DNA of 38,183 nt from a virus (IMGVR_UViG_2541047893_000009:1-38183); one strand, 5' to 3'. Shown: positions 1 to 9,485, counted from the first letter of the stretch. Notes: a model not told the origin generated them from the letters alone. Program-made: numbers and translations.

Positions 1-855
1 TCACACTCGGGAGCAGGCTGAGAGCACAGAAGGAAAGTACCTGGCTATTATATCGTTAATTCTGTCAATCAGTTCCAGCCTTTTGAAAGTGATGTGTGCA
101 GATCCCTTCTTAAAGTATTTAATGATGAACATCTCGTCTTCATTGCGCTCTTTACCCTGAACGGACTGGATGTGACCATCCAGACGAATAGTGATGTTTT
201 CCCGGTTGTCGGGGATCGGTTTGCCGCTGAACAGATGTAGCATTCTTTCCAGGTCGACGAGTCGGTCAGTCTGTTGCCCGGTGATAAGATGAAACCCCCA
301 TCGGTCCCACCTCACTAGGTTGTTGACGATAATTTTACTGCCAAATTTGCAGGGGCAATTGGTTTTGTAATTCCAGTTCAGTCCCCTGAAGACGTTGATC
401 ACCCCTCGCTCAAACACCTCATCCTTATTCTGGTGCAGTTGTTCAAATGTGCTCAGAATGTTCGCTTCACTGATTTCCGGAAAATTATCGTATTCCAGTG
501 ACCGGTACCATGTATCACGGGCCTGCGCATCCATTAATGACAGCATCCCGGAACGTTGCATCAGGTCACGCCAGATTTCGCGATCGAGATTGCGGGTGAT
601 GGCTTTCATTGCTGTTTCAGGTTTATCCATCAGCCAGCAGCCACAGCGAAAATCCTGTTTCATGGCCCAGTCCCGGGCGGTTTTACCTCCAATGCTTTCC
701 GTCAGAACTGAGATGTCAGCCAGTTGCCGGATAAGTGTGTCGATTTGCAGCAGTGTACTTTTTCGTACAGCCAGAATGCGGCAGATACTGGTTGAGCAGA
801 TAACGTCCGTATGCCCGTTGACCACTTCCGGACGGGAGGCTGTGATATCAGACAT
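1..855 (-). CDS. Hypothetical protein, DUF4942-like (methyltransferase-like), conserved downstream of the CbtA toxin block
   Basis: Complete 284-aa ORF with its stop at window positions 1-3 on the minus strand; position after the yeeV/yeeW-type genes matches CP4-type islands; family assigned from memory. Confidence 0.5.
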   Translation of the reverse strand: MSDITASRPEVVNGHTDVICSTSICRILAVRKSTLLQIDTLIRQLADISVLTESIGGKTARDWAMKQDFRCGCWLMDKPETAMKAITRNLDREIWRDLMQRSGMLSLMDAQARDTWYRSLEYDNFPEISEANILSTFEQLHQNKDEVFERGVINVFRGLNWNYKTNCPCKFGSKIIVNNLVRWDRWGFHLITGQQTDRLVDLERMLHLFSGKPIPDNRENITIRLDGHIQSVQGKERNEDEMFIIKYFKKGSAHITFKRLELIDRINDIIARYFPSVLSACSRV

Positions 856-873
856 AATCGATATTCCTTTTTG

Positions 874-910
874 CAGATAAATGAAAACGCCAGCCCTGTT
901 CAGGCTGGCG
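874..910 (-). terminator. Putative intrinsic terminator (8-bp stem CGCCAGCC/GGCTGGCG, 7-nt loop, T-rich tail on minus strand)
   Basis: Perfect inverted repeat at 888-910, followed on the minus strand by TTTTCATTTAT; lies between the stop of the 940-1137 gene and the start of the 1-855 gene. Confidence 0.4.
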
Positions 911-939
911 TCAGTGGAATGAAGTCTGGTGAGTAATAT

Positions 940-1137
940 TTACCGGTTCTGGTGCAGAAGCTGCAGATGACGAAGAGTACGGACATCCTCCCGGGCCCCT
1001 TCGATACAGGGCAACAGTGCTGCCGAATCCGTTTTATCCTCATCGTTGTCAAAGATAATTCCCGATTCGCAGTCGATATTGTCCTGCAGCCACACAATCA
1101 GAATATCCAGTGCTGTTTCCGTGGTTAATGATTTCAT
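940..1137 (-). CDS. Small hypothetical protein (65 aa), acidic
   Basis: ORF directly downstream of the YeeW-like gene with 11-nt spacing; no recognisable domain; an overlapping 900-1097 ORF in another frame looks spurious. Confidence 0.35.
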   Translation of the reverse strand: MKSLTTETALDILIVWLQDNIDCESGIIFDNDEDKTDSAALLPCIEGAREDVRTLRHLQLLHQNR

Positions 1138-1148
1138 GTTGTTCCTGG

Positions 1149-1637
1149 TTACCAGTCGAAAGTGGGCAGGTCAGGCAGACATTCAGCGCTGGCATCCAGA
1201 TGAATGAGACTGACGCCATAACGCCGGATAAGTGTGACAACCAGACGGCGGAACGTTTTTGACAGTCCCAGGCGTTTAAGCCGCAGAACCGGGTATGACC
1301 ACGCATCGGTACGTAACAGATATCCGCTACCTGTAAAATGAATCCATTCTGATTCGCCGAAGTCATTCGTCTGATGTGACAGCGAGTACAGCCAGGCGTT
1401 GTCCTTTTCCGTGATATGTGCGGTACTGCAGCGTATGCCGGCAAGGGCCGTAAACGGTGGTGGTGTGCAGGTTGACTGTTGGTCGGATTCCTCCACCACG
1501 CGGAGTGAATAACCGTTTTCAGCGACATGGTTAATCAGTTCAGCGAGATTCACACCATCGACGTCAACGACAATGCGCCCCATGTTCAGTGCCTGCACGT
1601 TAATGCTGTCGGCTTCCAGCGTCAGGGCCAGTTTCAT
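1149..1637 (-). CDS. YeeW-like hypothetical protein, translationally coupled to the cbtA toxin gene
   Basis: 162-aa ORF whose start overlaps the cbtA stop by 4 nt (ATGA arrangement); corresponds positionally to yeeW downstream of yeeV in CP4-44. Confidence 0.5.
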   Translation of the reverse strand: MKLALTLEADSINVQALNMGRIVVDVDGVNLAELINHVAENGYSLRVVEESDQQSTCTPPPFTALAGIRCSTAHITEKDNAWLYSLSHQTNDFGESEWIHFTGSGYLLRTDAWSYPVLRLKRLGLSKTFRRLVVTLIRRYGVSLIHLDASAECLPDLPTFDW

Positions 1638-2011
1638 TGTTTCGCCTCCGGATGCTTACCCAGGGTAATGTCATTTACCGTTCTGTAGTTGTCGCGGGTC
1701 ATCAGGCCGGTTGCCCGGCGTGCCCGGAGGATATCAATACTGTTTATTAACTGAGAACGGGTACAGGCACTGAATTCCGGCTGGTCGGTACGCACCAGTG
1801 CGTATTTTTCAACGAGAAAGTTCACCGCGTCACACAGTGAAATGCCTGCCTCAATATGCTGCTCAATCACACGTTCATCGGCGAACGGTGTGTCATTCAG
1901 GGTAAGGCCGTAATGCTGGCCCAGTAGTCGGGAGAGCAGAGTCTGCCAGATGGTGACGGGAGACGGGCAGCTCGATGCCTCCCGTACGTGTGTATCGGGT
2001 AATGTTTTCAT
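1634..2011 (-). CDS. cbtA: CbtA/YeeV/YkfI/YpjF-family toxin (type IV toxin-antitoxin; cytoskeleton-targeting)
   Basis: Translation from the internal ATG at 2011 (MKTLPDTHV...IWQTLLSRLLGQHYGLTLNDTPFADERVIEQHIEAGISLCDAVNFLVEKYALVRTDQ...) is near-identical over most of its length to the YeeV family as I recall it; the track ORF extends upstream to 2146, but the conserved protein begins at this ATG. Confidence 0.85.
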   Translation of the reverse strand: MKTLPDTHVREASSCPSPVTIWQTLLSRLLGQHYGLTLNDTPFADERVIEQHIEAGISLCDAVNFLVEKYALVRTDQPEFSACTRSQLINSIDILRARRATGLMTRDNYRTVNDITLGKHPEAKQ

Positions 2012-2100
2012 ACTGAAGGTTTTCCTGATATGCAGAGATGAAAAATGGAAAAGTGGCGTGGTGAAAGCACCAGGCCGGAGCAGAAGGTTATTCCGGGGGG

Positions 2101-2529
2101 TTACTTTTTCGTTTCGGGTGTCGGATAAACAGCCAGATAAACGCAACCACAGCTGCCGAGGGTATCGGCTTCGCAGGTCAGCCCTTTTGCATACAGCGTG
2201 ACGGTATGCTGATGGCGGGGATTCAGTTCACCGCTGGTGAGCATGAGTTCCAGTTGTTTCATCAGCAGCGGAAAGGCCTGGTCCAGATGGTATGCATCCG
2301 CGTCGCTGAACCGGCCTCTGATACCGGCACGGTCGGCAAGGTAATGCAACCGGTTACCCTCCTGCACCAGACGTGCCCCGAAACAGGGCGTCACGGTGCA
2401 GGGCAGCCCCCACCAGGGGCGGTCGTGATTGTCGTCGGGATGCGTTGTCCCGGGCAGTGTGTCTGACACGATAAAGTCCTCACAGAAATCAGTTAAGAAT
2501 GGTTCGATGGTGGCGATAATTCGGCTCAT
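2101..2529 (-). CDS. cbeA: CbeA/YeeU/YfjZ/YafW-family antitoxin
   Basis: Translation contains ...SDTLPGTTHPDDNHDRPWWGLPCTVTPCFGARLVQEGNRLHYLADRAGIRG..., matching the YeeU family. The true start may be the in-frame GTG at about 2469 (protein beginning VSDTLPG), which would give about 122 aa. Confidence 0.85.
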   Translation of the reverse strand: MSRIIATIEPFLTDFCEDFIVSDTLPGTTHPDDNHDRPWWGLPCTVTPCFGARLVQEGNRLHYLADRAGIRGRFSDADAYHLDQAFPLLMKQLELMLTSGELNPRHQHTVTLYAKGLTCEADTLGSCGCVYLAVYPTPETKK

Positions 2530-2547
2530 CAGAATGCCCTTCCTGAC

Positions 2548-2769
2548 TCAGTTCAGGGTGACGCTCATCAGCCGGACATACGGGCCAAAACTGTCTTTAC
2601 GGCGTTCTGCAAACACAGCCAGCACACCGGGAATATCCTGCACTTCACGACCGGTATACGCTTCAGTGCTGCCGTGCCAGCGGTATTTGCCGGTACAGAA
2701 CGGAAAAAGACGGGATGCCGGATGTTGTTGGTGAATACGCATGGCTTCACCACGGGTGATGATTTTCAT
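2548..2769 (-). CDS. yeeT: YeeT/YkfH-family protein (DUF987)
   Basis: 73-aa translation MKIITRGEAMRIHQQHP...FPFCTGKYRWHGS...VRLMSVTLN matches the YeeT family as recalled; position between the radC-like and antitoxin genes is canonical. Confidence 0.8.
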   Translation of the reverse strand: MKIITRGEAMRIHQQHPASRLFPFCTGKYRWHGSTEAYTGREVQDIPGVLAVFAERRKDSFGPYVRLMSVTLN

Positions 2770-2837
2770 AGTGTGATACCTCTGAAGACAGAAGATAAAA
2801 GCGAAAACAGGTATGATGTGGTTGTAACGGTGACGGG

Positions 2838-3314
2838 TTAAAGCAGACCGTGTTCCGCAAAGGAGAAAACCTGGCTGCCACCGACTATCAGATGGTCCGG
2901 CACCCGGATATCCACCAGGCCCAGTGCCTGTACCAGACGTTCCGTGATAAGGCGGTCTGCCTTGCTGGGTGTGACTTCACCGGACGGGTGATTGTGCGCC
3001 AGTACCACGGCAGCGGCATTGTGGTACAGGGCGCGTTTAATCACTTCCCGGGGATGGACTTCCGTGCGGTTGATGGTGCCGGTGAAGAGGGTTTCACCGG
3101 CAATCAGCTTATTCTGGTTGTTCAGATACAGCACCCGGAATTCTTCACGCTCCAGTCCCGCCATGTTCAGAATCAGCCATTCCCGTGCCGCACGGGTGGA
3201 GGTGAAGGCCACGCCGGGTTCATGAAGATGGCGGTCCAGGGTTTTCAGGGCCCGCTGAATGAGGCTGCGCTCGCCGGGCGTCATCTCTCCTGGCAGAAAG
3301 GAAAGCTGTTGCAT
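2838..3314 (-). CDS. RadC-like JAB/MPN-domain protein (YeeS/YkfG/YfjY family)
   Basis: 158-aa translation with the JAB metalloprotease signature region HNHPSGEVTPSKADRLITERL; canonical position in CP4-type islands. Confidence 0.85.
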   Translation of the reverse strand: MQQLSFLPGEMTPGERSLIQRALKTLDRHLHEPGVAFTSTRAAREWLILNMAGLEREEFRVLYLNNQNKLIAGETLFTGTINRTEVHPREVIKRALYHNAAAVVLAHNHPSGEVTPSKADRLITERLVQALGLVDIRVPDHLIVGGSQVFSFAEHGLL

Positions 3315-3328
3315 TGTTCCAGCCCCTT

Positions 3329-3814
3329 TCAGTCAATGATGCGCATAATGGCGTTGCATTCCGGATGCTGCAGGGCGTAGTCCCGCAGACGGTAATAATG
3401 AACCGTCATGGCATAACACTCCGTGCGACAGGCATGATGACTGTACGTCATCAGACAGGCAGCAATGCCGGCGGCTTCCGGGCTCATTTCAGCACGGTTA
3501 CCGTTCATGGCATTGAACAGTACCCATGTCTCGTCATCATCGTCATCCGGTTCGGGTGCCATAAATGCCCCGCCGTTGTTCAGGGTGTACAGATTCCAGA
3601 TACCACCGCAGTAGTCTTCGCAAAGATGGTCCATCCAGCCGAAGACACGGGGTTCCAGGGTCACCCACTGTGGAATGAGGCCAAAATGCTGCGGCCAGAA
3701 GCTGATGCGCTGTTCATGAGGAACGAGAGTGGCAACCAGTTGAGGCTGGTCATTCTCTGAAGCTGTGACTACGGAAGCAGAAAGTGTACAGGTGTTCTGA
3801 GAAACAGTTTTCAT
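3329..3814 (-). CDS. Antirestriction protein, ArdB/KlcA family (YfjX/YkfF-like)
   Basis: 161-aa translation with an acidic PEPDDDDDETW stretch and conserved cysteine-rich C-terminus, recalled as typical of YfjX/KlcA; canonical position. Confidence 0.8.
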   Translation of the reverse strand: MKTVSQNTCTLSASVVTASENDQPQLVATLVPHEQRISFWPQHFGLIPQWVTLEPRVFGWMDHLCEDYCGGIWNLYTLNNGGAFMAPEPDDDDDETWVLFNAMNGNRAEMSPEAAGIAACLMTYSHHACRTECYAMTVHYYRLRDYALQHPECNAIMRIID

Positions 3815-3904
3815 GAGTGAAATCCTTATAAAACAAATAAATGCAGGGTTTTCGGGGAGCAGGGGGTAGGGGAGCCTGAATCACGTCTTCAGGGATGTGC
3901 TGCA

Positions 3905-4723
3905 TCAGCGCATGTTCTCCAGCAGCGTTTCTGTCATTACCCACAATGCGCGATTGAGCTTAATGTCCGTGTCGATGCTGTGAATGGCACGGGTGTGGAT
4001 ACGTTTTCCTTTAGCGCTGCGACCGGAAATCCCGCCTTTCAGCATATTCTCCTGGATGGTCTGATATGCGCTCCACAGGTCCTTACCGTAATCCTCCCGG
4101 CGTCGCGGCGTCAGAATGTCGGCGGTGGTGACGGGCTGATGTTCGTCACCATAACGGTAAGTCAGTGCCGCCTGTGCCAGCGCCTGGCGTGCCGGTGGCG
4201 GCAGGACCAGCGACTGCATGGCGTCACGCTTTTCTTCAATCCGGTCAAAAACCCCCACCACCTCGTAAGCCCCTTCGATAACTTTCTCCACTACATTTCC
4301 CCGGTGTGGAACACGCACTTCCCCCAGAGACTGACCACAGACGCATCCGTTCTGGCAGACGAACCTGAAGTAACCCGGCAGCATCTGGTAGCTGGAGGTA
4401 CCGTCATGGGAGTTCAGCAGGATGATTTCAGGGACATGTTGTCCGTTTATCTCCCCGTCACGGCGCAGACGCAGCATGTGTTTGGTGTATCCCCGGCGGC
4501 CCGGGTCGCGCACACGGGTCTGGCAGGCGAAGAATGGCTGAAAACCTTCCCGCTGCAGGCTTTCCAGCACTGTGATGGTGGGGATCCAGGTATAGTTCTC
4601 GCTTCTGGATGTGTGCTTATCTTCCCCGAATACGCTGGGGACGACCTGCATCAGTTCTTCACGAGTTAAGGGACGATCACGGCGTATCTGATTTACATGA
4701 CCAAAACGACTGGCTAATTGCAT
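3905..4723 (-). CDS. DUF932-domain protein (YfjQ/YafZ family)
   Basis: 272-aa ORF; sequence and position between the antirestriction gene and the regulator match YfjQ/YafZ of CP4 islands (memory-based). Confidence 0.7.
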   Translation of the reverse strand: MQLASRFGHVNQIRRDRPLTREELMQVVPSVFGEDKHTSRSENYTWIPTITVLESLQREGFQPFFACQTRVRDPGRRGYTKHMLRLRRDGEINGQHVPEIILLNSHDGTSSYQMLPGYFRFVCQNGCVCGQSLGEVRVPHRGNVVEKVIEGAYEVVGVFDRIEEKRDAMQSLVLPPPARQALAQAALTYRYGDEHQPVTTADILTPRRREDYGKDLWSAYQTIQENMLKGGISGRSAKGKRIHTRAIHSIDTDIKLNRALWVMTETLLENMR

Positions 4724-4750
4724 ACTTTGCTCCTTATGAATGAGTTAGCG

Positions 4751-4791
4751 GTATAAATGAAAAGGCCGCGTCTCCCGGAGAAGACGCGGCC
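4751..4791 (-). terminator. Putative intrinsic terminator / stable hairpin (11-bp perfect stem AGGCCGCGTCT, 8-nt loop) between the DUF905 and DUF932 genes
   Basis: Perfect inverted repeat at 4762-4791; on the minus strand it is followed by TTTCATTTATACC; the TATAAAT at 4751-4757 could also be a -10 element for the downstream gene. Confidence 0.45.
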
Positions 4792-4812
4792 TGATGGATG
4801 AAATGAAGACGT

Positions 4813-5046
4813 TTATTGCCTGAGAATTCCCTCACTGGCGAGATATGGATTTAGCTGTTTTCCGGCATCAGGTTCAAAATTCCAGCACCGCCAGCGTAGC
4901 TGCCCTTCAGCATTGTGGATAACCAGCCGGAAATGCGTTCCCTGATCATCTTCAATAAGCACATTGCGGTAAGCTGTTGTGACAGCCATCGCCTGTTCGC
5001 GTGAGAAAGGGCCTTCGGGCAATAAAACAGGGTGACAGTCCGACAT
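4813..5046 (-). CDS. DUF905-family small protein
   Basis: 77-aa ORF in the conserved position; family assignment from memory. Confidence 0.55.
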
Positions 5047-5051
5047 ACCGG

Positions 5052-5729
5052 CTATTTTCCGATAAATTCAACGCTGGCACCGGTGGCATTACCGTCAGCA
5101 CCAACCGTGACGGTCACTTTGTCGTACGCACGGTCTTCAGGATTGAACACTTCAAACTCAACCTTATTGCCTTTTACTTCGTAAGAGCCAAAATCAGCGG
5201 TTTCTGTTGTTTCCTCGTCATATTCCCGGGCGTATGCCTGCCGGGCAGCCTGCAGGACGGAATCTTTATTAATGGCGGGTGTCTGTTTCGGGGAAAAACC
5301 AGCAAGTGATGTGACAAATTTCGGACAGACCTTCAGCATATCACCGCGGGTGAATTCCATTCGTACACCAAATGCCTGTAAAACGGACACATCACGCTCT
5401 GCTATGGAGTGAACGGCTTTTTTGACCATTTCCGGCGCCTGTCCGACTTCCACCTCAACAGCCCTGAATCCCGTCTGCTGATTACACATTTGTGATGTGG
5501 GGATCAGGTTACCGTTAATACTGATACGGCTGCCCAGGAGCGTCTGTACACCATTCGGGCATCCCTGCATCAGGCCGGTAATACCAATCGTGCCATTTTT
5601 CAGCATTACCAGCGCCTGACCATCTTCCGTCATGGTCTGACACCAGCCGTTTTTGACAGCCCAGTTGCCGGCGGAGGCGGAGAATGATGCCACAGTGAAC
5701 AGCAGGGGAAAAAGAGCTCTGGTATTCAT
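5052..5729 (-). CDS. Secreted protein or lipoprotein of the YfjS/YafY type
   Basis: Start set at the internal ATG at 5729, giving the N-terminus [25 protein letters not shown], a signal-peptide-like sequence; the track ORF extends to 5834 without a hydrophobic N-terminus. Confidence 0.6.
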
Positions 5730-5876
5730 GACTGACCTCTGAAATGAACGTACGGTGTTATTGATAATGATGGAAGGTATGCAGTGACTGTTCAGGGAAT
5801 GACGTAGCCGTATATTTAGTTTTCTGTTCAACATATTGTCTCCATACCTGTTGGGACGGCTTTGGCAGGCCGGCGA

Positions 5877-6557
5877 TCACAGGTTAAAGGTGTTGATAAG
5901 TTTATGGATGAAAGAGAAATGTGGCAGGGCGGAGATAAAACGCTCTTCAGCGACCAGACTGTGGATGTGGCCTCTCCGTTCAAACCGTTCTGATGTCAGG
6001 CTGACTGATTTGATATCTGCCAGAGGAAAGACCTGCAGTTTTCCCTTCTGTAACGCGATCAGATACCAGCTACCGCTGTAATAAATGAGCCGGCAGGGCT
6101 CCAGTGACGGATACCATCGCTCAGCCATCAGAGAGATGTGGATACACTGTCTTATTGCCAGGATGAGTTGCGAGAAACACTCGGGGAACGTTGCAGTGAT
6201 ATCCGGCGCCGGTAGCCAGATAAGGCAGGGAGAGGGCTCCTGGTTGTCGGTAAGACAGGTTATCAGTCGTCCGTTCCGGAGCGGAAGTATCCGTGCGATC
6301 CCGGTATTCTGTATAAAAGAAAGCATTTCAGGGATCGCACCCGGGCTGCTCTGTCGTCTGAGGCTGTACCTGCCATTTCTGTACTCTAAATCCAGGTGAA
6401 CCAGACGCTGATGAAAATCGCGCTGTAAAGTACGTTCTGTAACGCCAAATTCATCTGACAGTGTTTTTAGTGACAGAGATTCTCCGGTCATCAGTCGGCT
6501 GATAATGAGTGATAAGCGAACCGCCAGGCGATCATGCCGGGAACGATTATCAGACAT
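5877..6557 (-). CDS. YfjR-like transcriptional regulator (N-terminal HTH, WYL-type C-terminal domain)
   Basis: 226-aa ORF; N-terminus RLAVRLSLIISRLMTGESLSLKTLSDEFGVTERTLQRD is HTH-like; position beside the GTPase as in CP4-57 yfjR. Confidence 0.7.
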   Translation of the reverse strand: MSDNRSRHDRLAVRLSLIISRLMTGESLSLKTLSDEFGVTERTLQRDFHQRLVHLDLEYRNGRYSLRRQSSPGAIPEMLSFIQNTGIARILPLRNGRLITCLTDNQEPSPCLIWLPAPDITATFPECFSQLILAIRQCIHISLMAERWYPSLEPCRLIYYSGSWYLIALQKGKLQVFPLADIKSVSLTSERFERRGHIHSLVAEERFISALPHFSFIHKLINTFNL

Positions 6558-6759
6558 AGATGTGCACTCCGTAAGAAAACATCTTTTATTTCATGATGTT
6601 ATTATGCATCATGATGTTGAAAGGATGTGTCGCATCCGGATAATCAGGAATAAAATGCAGCAGAAAAAATATTCTTTTAATTATCTGATTTTTAAGCATG
6701 ATTTCATAAAAAGAAGAATGCTCGTTAATCCAGCGACACATCCTGTCGGCGTGAGTGTG

Positions 6760-7644
6760 TCAGAACAGACGCTCCCACAGTGTGATCAGCAGGTGGATAA
6801 TGCGGTCCCGGGTTTTGCGCAGAAGCTGTAACATCCAGGCCGGAAAACTGAAACGGGCAACGGCGTCGTCAAAACTTTTCCCGATGGTTTCACCAAAAGT
6901 CTGTTGTGCGTGTTTCCGGGCCTGTTCAGAGCGGTTTTCTCCCCGGATATGTGAATACACCGCGCTGGTTGCCTGTGGTGGCAGTGCGTGGATCATCAGC
7001 GACACAAACGCCGGAAGGTTCCAGCCGACAGGTGCAGCAACGGAGAGTACTGGAAATGATGAAGGGAACAGGGTTGCCACCCGGGCTGTCACCGTCGCCA
7101 GTGAGAGCGCCTGCTGACGGGACGGGCATTTTTCTGTGGCATTCCATTCTTCAGCAGGAAACACGCGATCGGCATGGCTGAGAACAAACAGAAAACGCGA
7201 GGGATCTGCGCCTTCATTCAGTAAAAACTGATGCATGGTAATGTCGGCGGCATACGCGCGTTCATCTGCCCGCAGGATCCAGATAATCAGATCCAGTTCC
7301 GGTAGCAGCTGACGATAAAGTGTCCGGTATTCCTGATCATGCTGCGGTGTTTCACCAATGCCGGGCAGATCGACCAGCGTCATTCTGCGTTCACCGAGTT
7401 GCAGGGTAAGACGATGAGCCTGGCGGGTGCAGCCGTTCAGGGGATGCGTGGCGCAGATACGGGACTGAAAAATGGCATTACACAGGCTGCTTTTGCCGGT
7501 GCCGGATTTACCCATAATGCCAATCACGGGCTCGTAATGAATAACACTGTGGAGATGTTCAAGGATTTTCTGGCGAATTTCTTCAGGAAGAAACGTCAGA
7601 TATGATTTCACTTGTGCGGAGAGGGAAGAATGGCTGAATGACAT
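6760..7644 (-). CDS. YfjP/YkfA-family GTPase (50S ribosome-binding / dynamin-like GTPase family)
   Basis: 294-aa ORF with P-loop GIMGKSGTGKSS and a DLPG G3-like motif; characteristic first gene of this island module. Confidence 0.8.
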   Translation of the reverse strand: MSFSHSSLSAQVKSYLTFLPEEIRQKILEHLHSVIHYEPVIGIMGKSGTGKSSLCNAIFQSRICATHPLNGCTRQAHRLTLQLGERRMTLVDLPGIGETPQHDQEYRTLYRQLLPELDLIIWILRADERAYAADITMHQFLLNEGADPSRFLFVLSHADRVFPAEEWNATEKCPSRQQALSLATVTARVATLFPSSFPVLSVAAPVGWNLPAFVSLMIHALPPQATSAVYSHIRGENRSEQARKHAQQTFGETIGKSFDDAVARFSFPAWMLQLLRKTRDRIIHLLITLWERLF

Positions 7645-7746
7645 ACCGGTATCCTGTTGATTTCACTGAACCGGATCACACTAATCCGGTTTATCATTCA
7701 GGTAATATGGGCGTGAAAAAATCTGGAGTGACAAAGTTCGGGAGGA

Positions 7747-8700
7747 GTGATGGCATCACTGTCGATTAATACGCTACGCCGAATGAGCATTTGTAAAAGT
7801 CAGGCCTGGAAAGATACCCAGCGAATACTGAAGCGTAGTGGACTTGTGTACAGAGGGGAACGGTCAGAATCGTTTGATCCTGAGAAACATTTTAATCGTT
7901 ATACGGTGCGTTATCTGTACCTGCTTAACATAATTGCGCTTAAGATAAGGTCGGTTAGTAAATTTTCCTGTTGGATCGAGGTGGGACAATGCCATCGTAT
8001 GACTGGTAAACATTTATCTCTTAATGCCCCGCCTTTTATGCTGATTCCGCGTAGTATCCGGAGAAAAGTGGATGGATTCAGACAGTCAAAAGGTGAAGCA
8101 ACCCCAAAATCGGCTCAACCGTTCACGGGCAGTTTGTATGAGGTTTTGAGCAAGGAGAGCGATTCAGCTAAGCTGGACGCATGGATTGCTGAACTGCCTC
8201 TGAACTTGCAGGAGGAGGGAAAGGAAATCTCAGTCATGGGATTTAGTCCACGGGCTGTGGCCCGACCTGTTCTTCGGTCAGCATCCCCGACGTTTGAACT
8301 GTTTTATCAGGAGTATCAATCCCTAAGATTAAAATCTGTTTTTAAATTTGAACCAAGATTTGAACAACTTTTAACAAGACTGAGCTTTAGAAAACAATCA
8401 ATTCTCAGAAAACAACAATACAGGGTTAAATCGCAATTACTGGAGAGACTGGGGAATGTGTTGTTTTTCACGTCGCTTTATAACCAGGGATGTTTAGAGG
8501 AGTTTATAAATGCACTTGTGGAAAAGGAGGACATTTATCTGAAAATGTCCCCTGGGGAGGAAAAGGTGAAAGCACACCAGAAAATGGTTAACTACATTGA
8601 AGCGTTCTGCAACAAAATGACGGAAAAATACCTGATGCCCGCAGCAAGCAGACACTACAAAAAGAAGAAAATCGCTAGGAGCGAAAGTGGTGAAAGTTAA
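7747..8700 (+). CDS. Hypothetical protein, uncharacterised, AT-rich cargo gene
   Basis: 317-aa ORF preceded by a strong Shine-Dalgarno (GGGAGGAG); the ATG at 7750 is the likely start; no recognised motifs; lower GC by eye than flanking DNA. Confidence 0.6.
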   Translation: MMASLSINTLRRMSICKSQAWKDTQRILKRSGLVYRGERSESFDPEKHFNRYTVRYLYLLNIIALKIRSVSKFSCWIEVGQCHRMTGKHLSLNAPPFMLIPRSIRRKVDGFRQSKGEATPKSAQPFTGSLYEVLSKESDSAKLDAWIAELPLNLQEEGKEISVMGFSPRAVARPVLRSASPTFELFYQEYQSLRLKSVFKFEPRFEQLLTRLSFRKQSILRKQQYRVKSQLLERLGNVLFFTSLYNQGCLEEFINALVEKEDIYLKMSPGEEKVKAHQKMVNYIEAFCNKMTEKYLMPAASRHYKKKKIARSESGES

Positions 8701-9485
8701 TCCAGTCTACCGTACAGAATCAGTTGTTCCAGAATAGCCTGCTGTGTTGTTTTCCGCTCTCTGGTCAGTCTGTCCAGAGCGCTTTTTGCGGATGGCGATA
8801 TCTTTACGTTGATTTGTACCCGTTTATCTTTTTTTCCATCGATAAACTGTTTTCTGAATGCATTGTGCATCTTGTCGAAAAATCTTTCTTTTGCAGCGAA
8901 TCCTAGGTGAAATTCTTTTGGCGTCAGTAAACAGGGTGTGTCTGTGGGGAATAACATTTTTAGTAAAACTACAATGGCAATATATCTTTCGTTATCATTT
9001 ACAGGATTAAACCAGGAAAGATATGTGGGTGAGATACGTGCATCAATATATTCCCATGCCCATTTCAGTTGTTCGGTATTCTTTTTAAGCCATTTGGCTT
9101 CGTTTCTCTTTTCGAGTCCCAGCCAGTTTTGATGCATTATTGAGATAATCCGATCTGCTTCCCCATAAAGGATTAACGCATTAATCCATTTCCCTATAAC
9201 ATTCAGTCGTGTTTCATGACTTGAAGGAATAATTGTCATGGGGTTATCCTTCATAACGATCACCCCCTTCAAGGCAGAATTGAACTCAGATTCATTATTA
9301 AGTTTAAGTTTTTCGGGAACTGTATGAGACATAATTAACCAGAACCAGAATGCTGCAATTTCATTTTTTCTGATCCATTCAGGTATGTGATTATCTGCCA
9401 GATTATTATCATTCAATAAATGCTCAGTTGTTTTATTTTTCCAGTCATATCTATTCACGTTATAACCGCCTTTATATTGTTTCAT
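8697..9485 (-). CDS. Hypothetical protein with a C-terminal ribbon-helix-helix-like segment, AT-rich cargo gene
   Basis: Start set at the ATG at 9485 (MKQYKGGYNV...), which has GAGG about 10 nt upstream; the track ORF runs to 9572. The C-terminus RVQINVKISPSAKSALDRLTRERKTTQQAILEQLILYG resembles an RHH DNA-binding fold. The stop overlaps the stop of the convergent 7747-8700 gene (shared TTAA at 8697-8700). Confidence 0.55.
   Translation of the reverse strand: MKQYKGGYNVNRYDWKNKTTEHLLNDNNLADNHIPEWIRKNEIAAFWFWLIMSHTVPEKLKLNNESEFNSALKGVIVMKDNPMTIIPSSHETRLNVIGKWINALILYGEADRIISIMHQNWLGLEKRNEAKWLKKNTEQLKWAWEYIDARISPTYLSWFNPVNDNERYIAIVVLLKMLFPTDTPCLLTPKEFHLGFAAKERFFDKMHNAFRKQFIDGKKDKRVQINVKISPSAKSALDRLTRERKTTQQAILEQLILYGRLD

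Larger units (their letters stand above)
1..7644 (-). mobile_element. Distal accessory module of a CP4-57/CP4-44-type integrative island (cryptic-prophage-like), partial at the left window edge
   Basis: Co-linear minus-strand run of YfjP-like GTPase, YfjR-like regulator, lipoprotein, DUF905, DUF932, antirestriction, RadC-like, YeeT, CbeA, CbtA and trailing hypotheticals; this order is characteristic of E. coli CP4-type islands (established knowledge). Integrase and att sites are not in the window. Confidence 0.6.

Noticed and set aside
3980-4669. 229-aa plus-strand ORF antisense to the DUF932 gene
   Set aside because: Opposite strand of a conserved island gene; no RBS.
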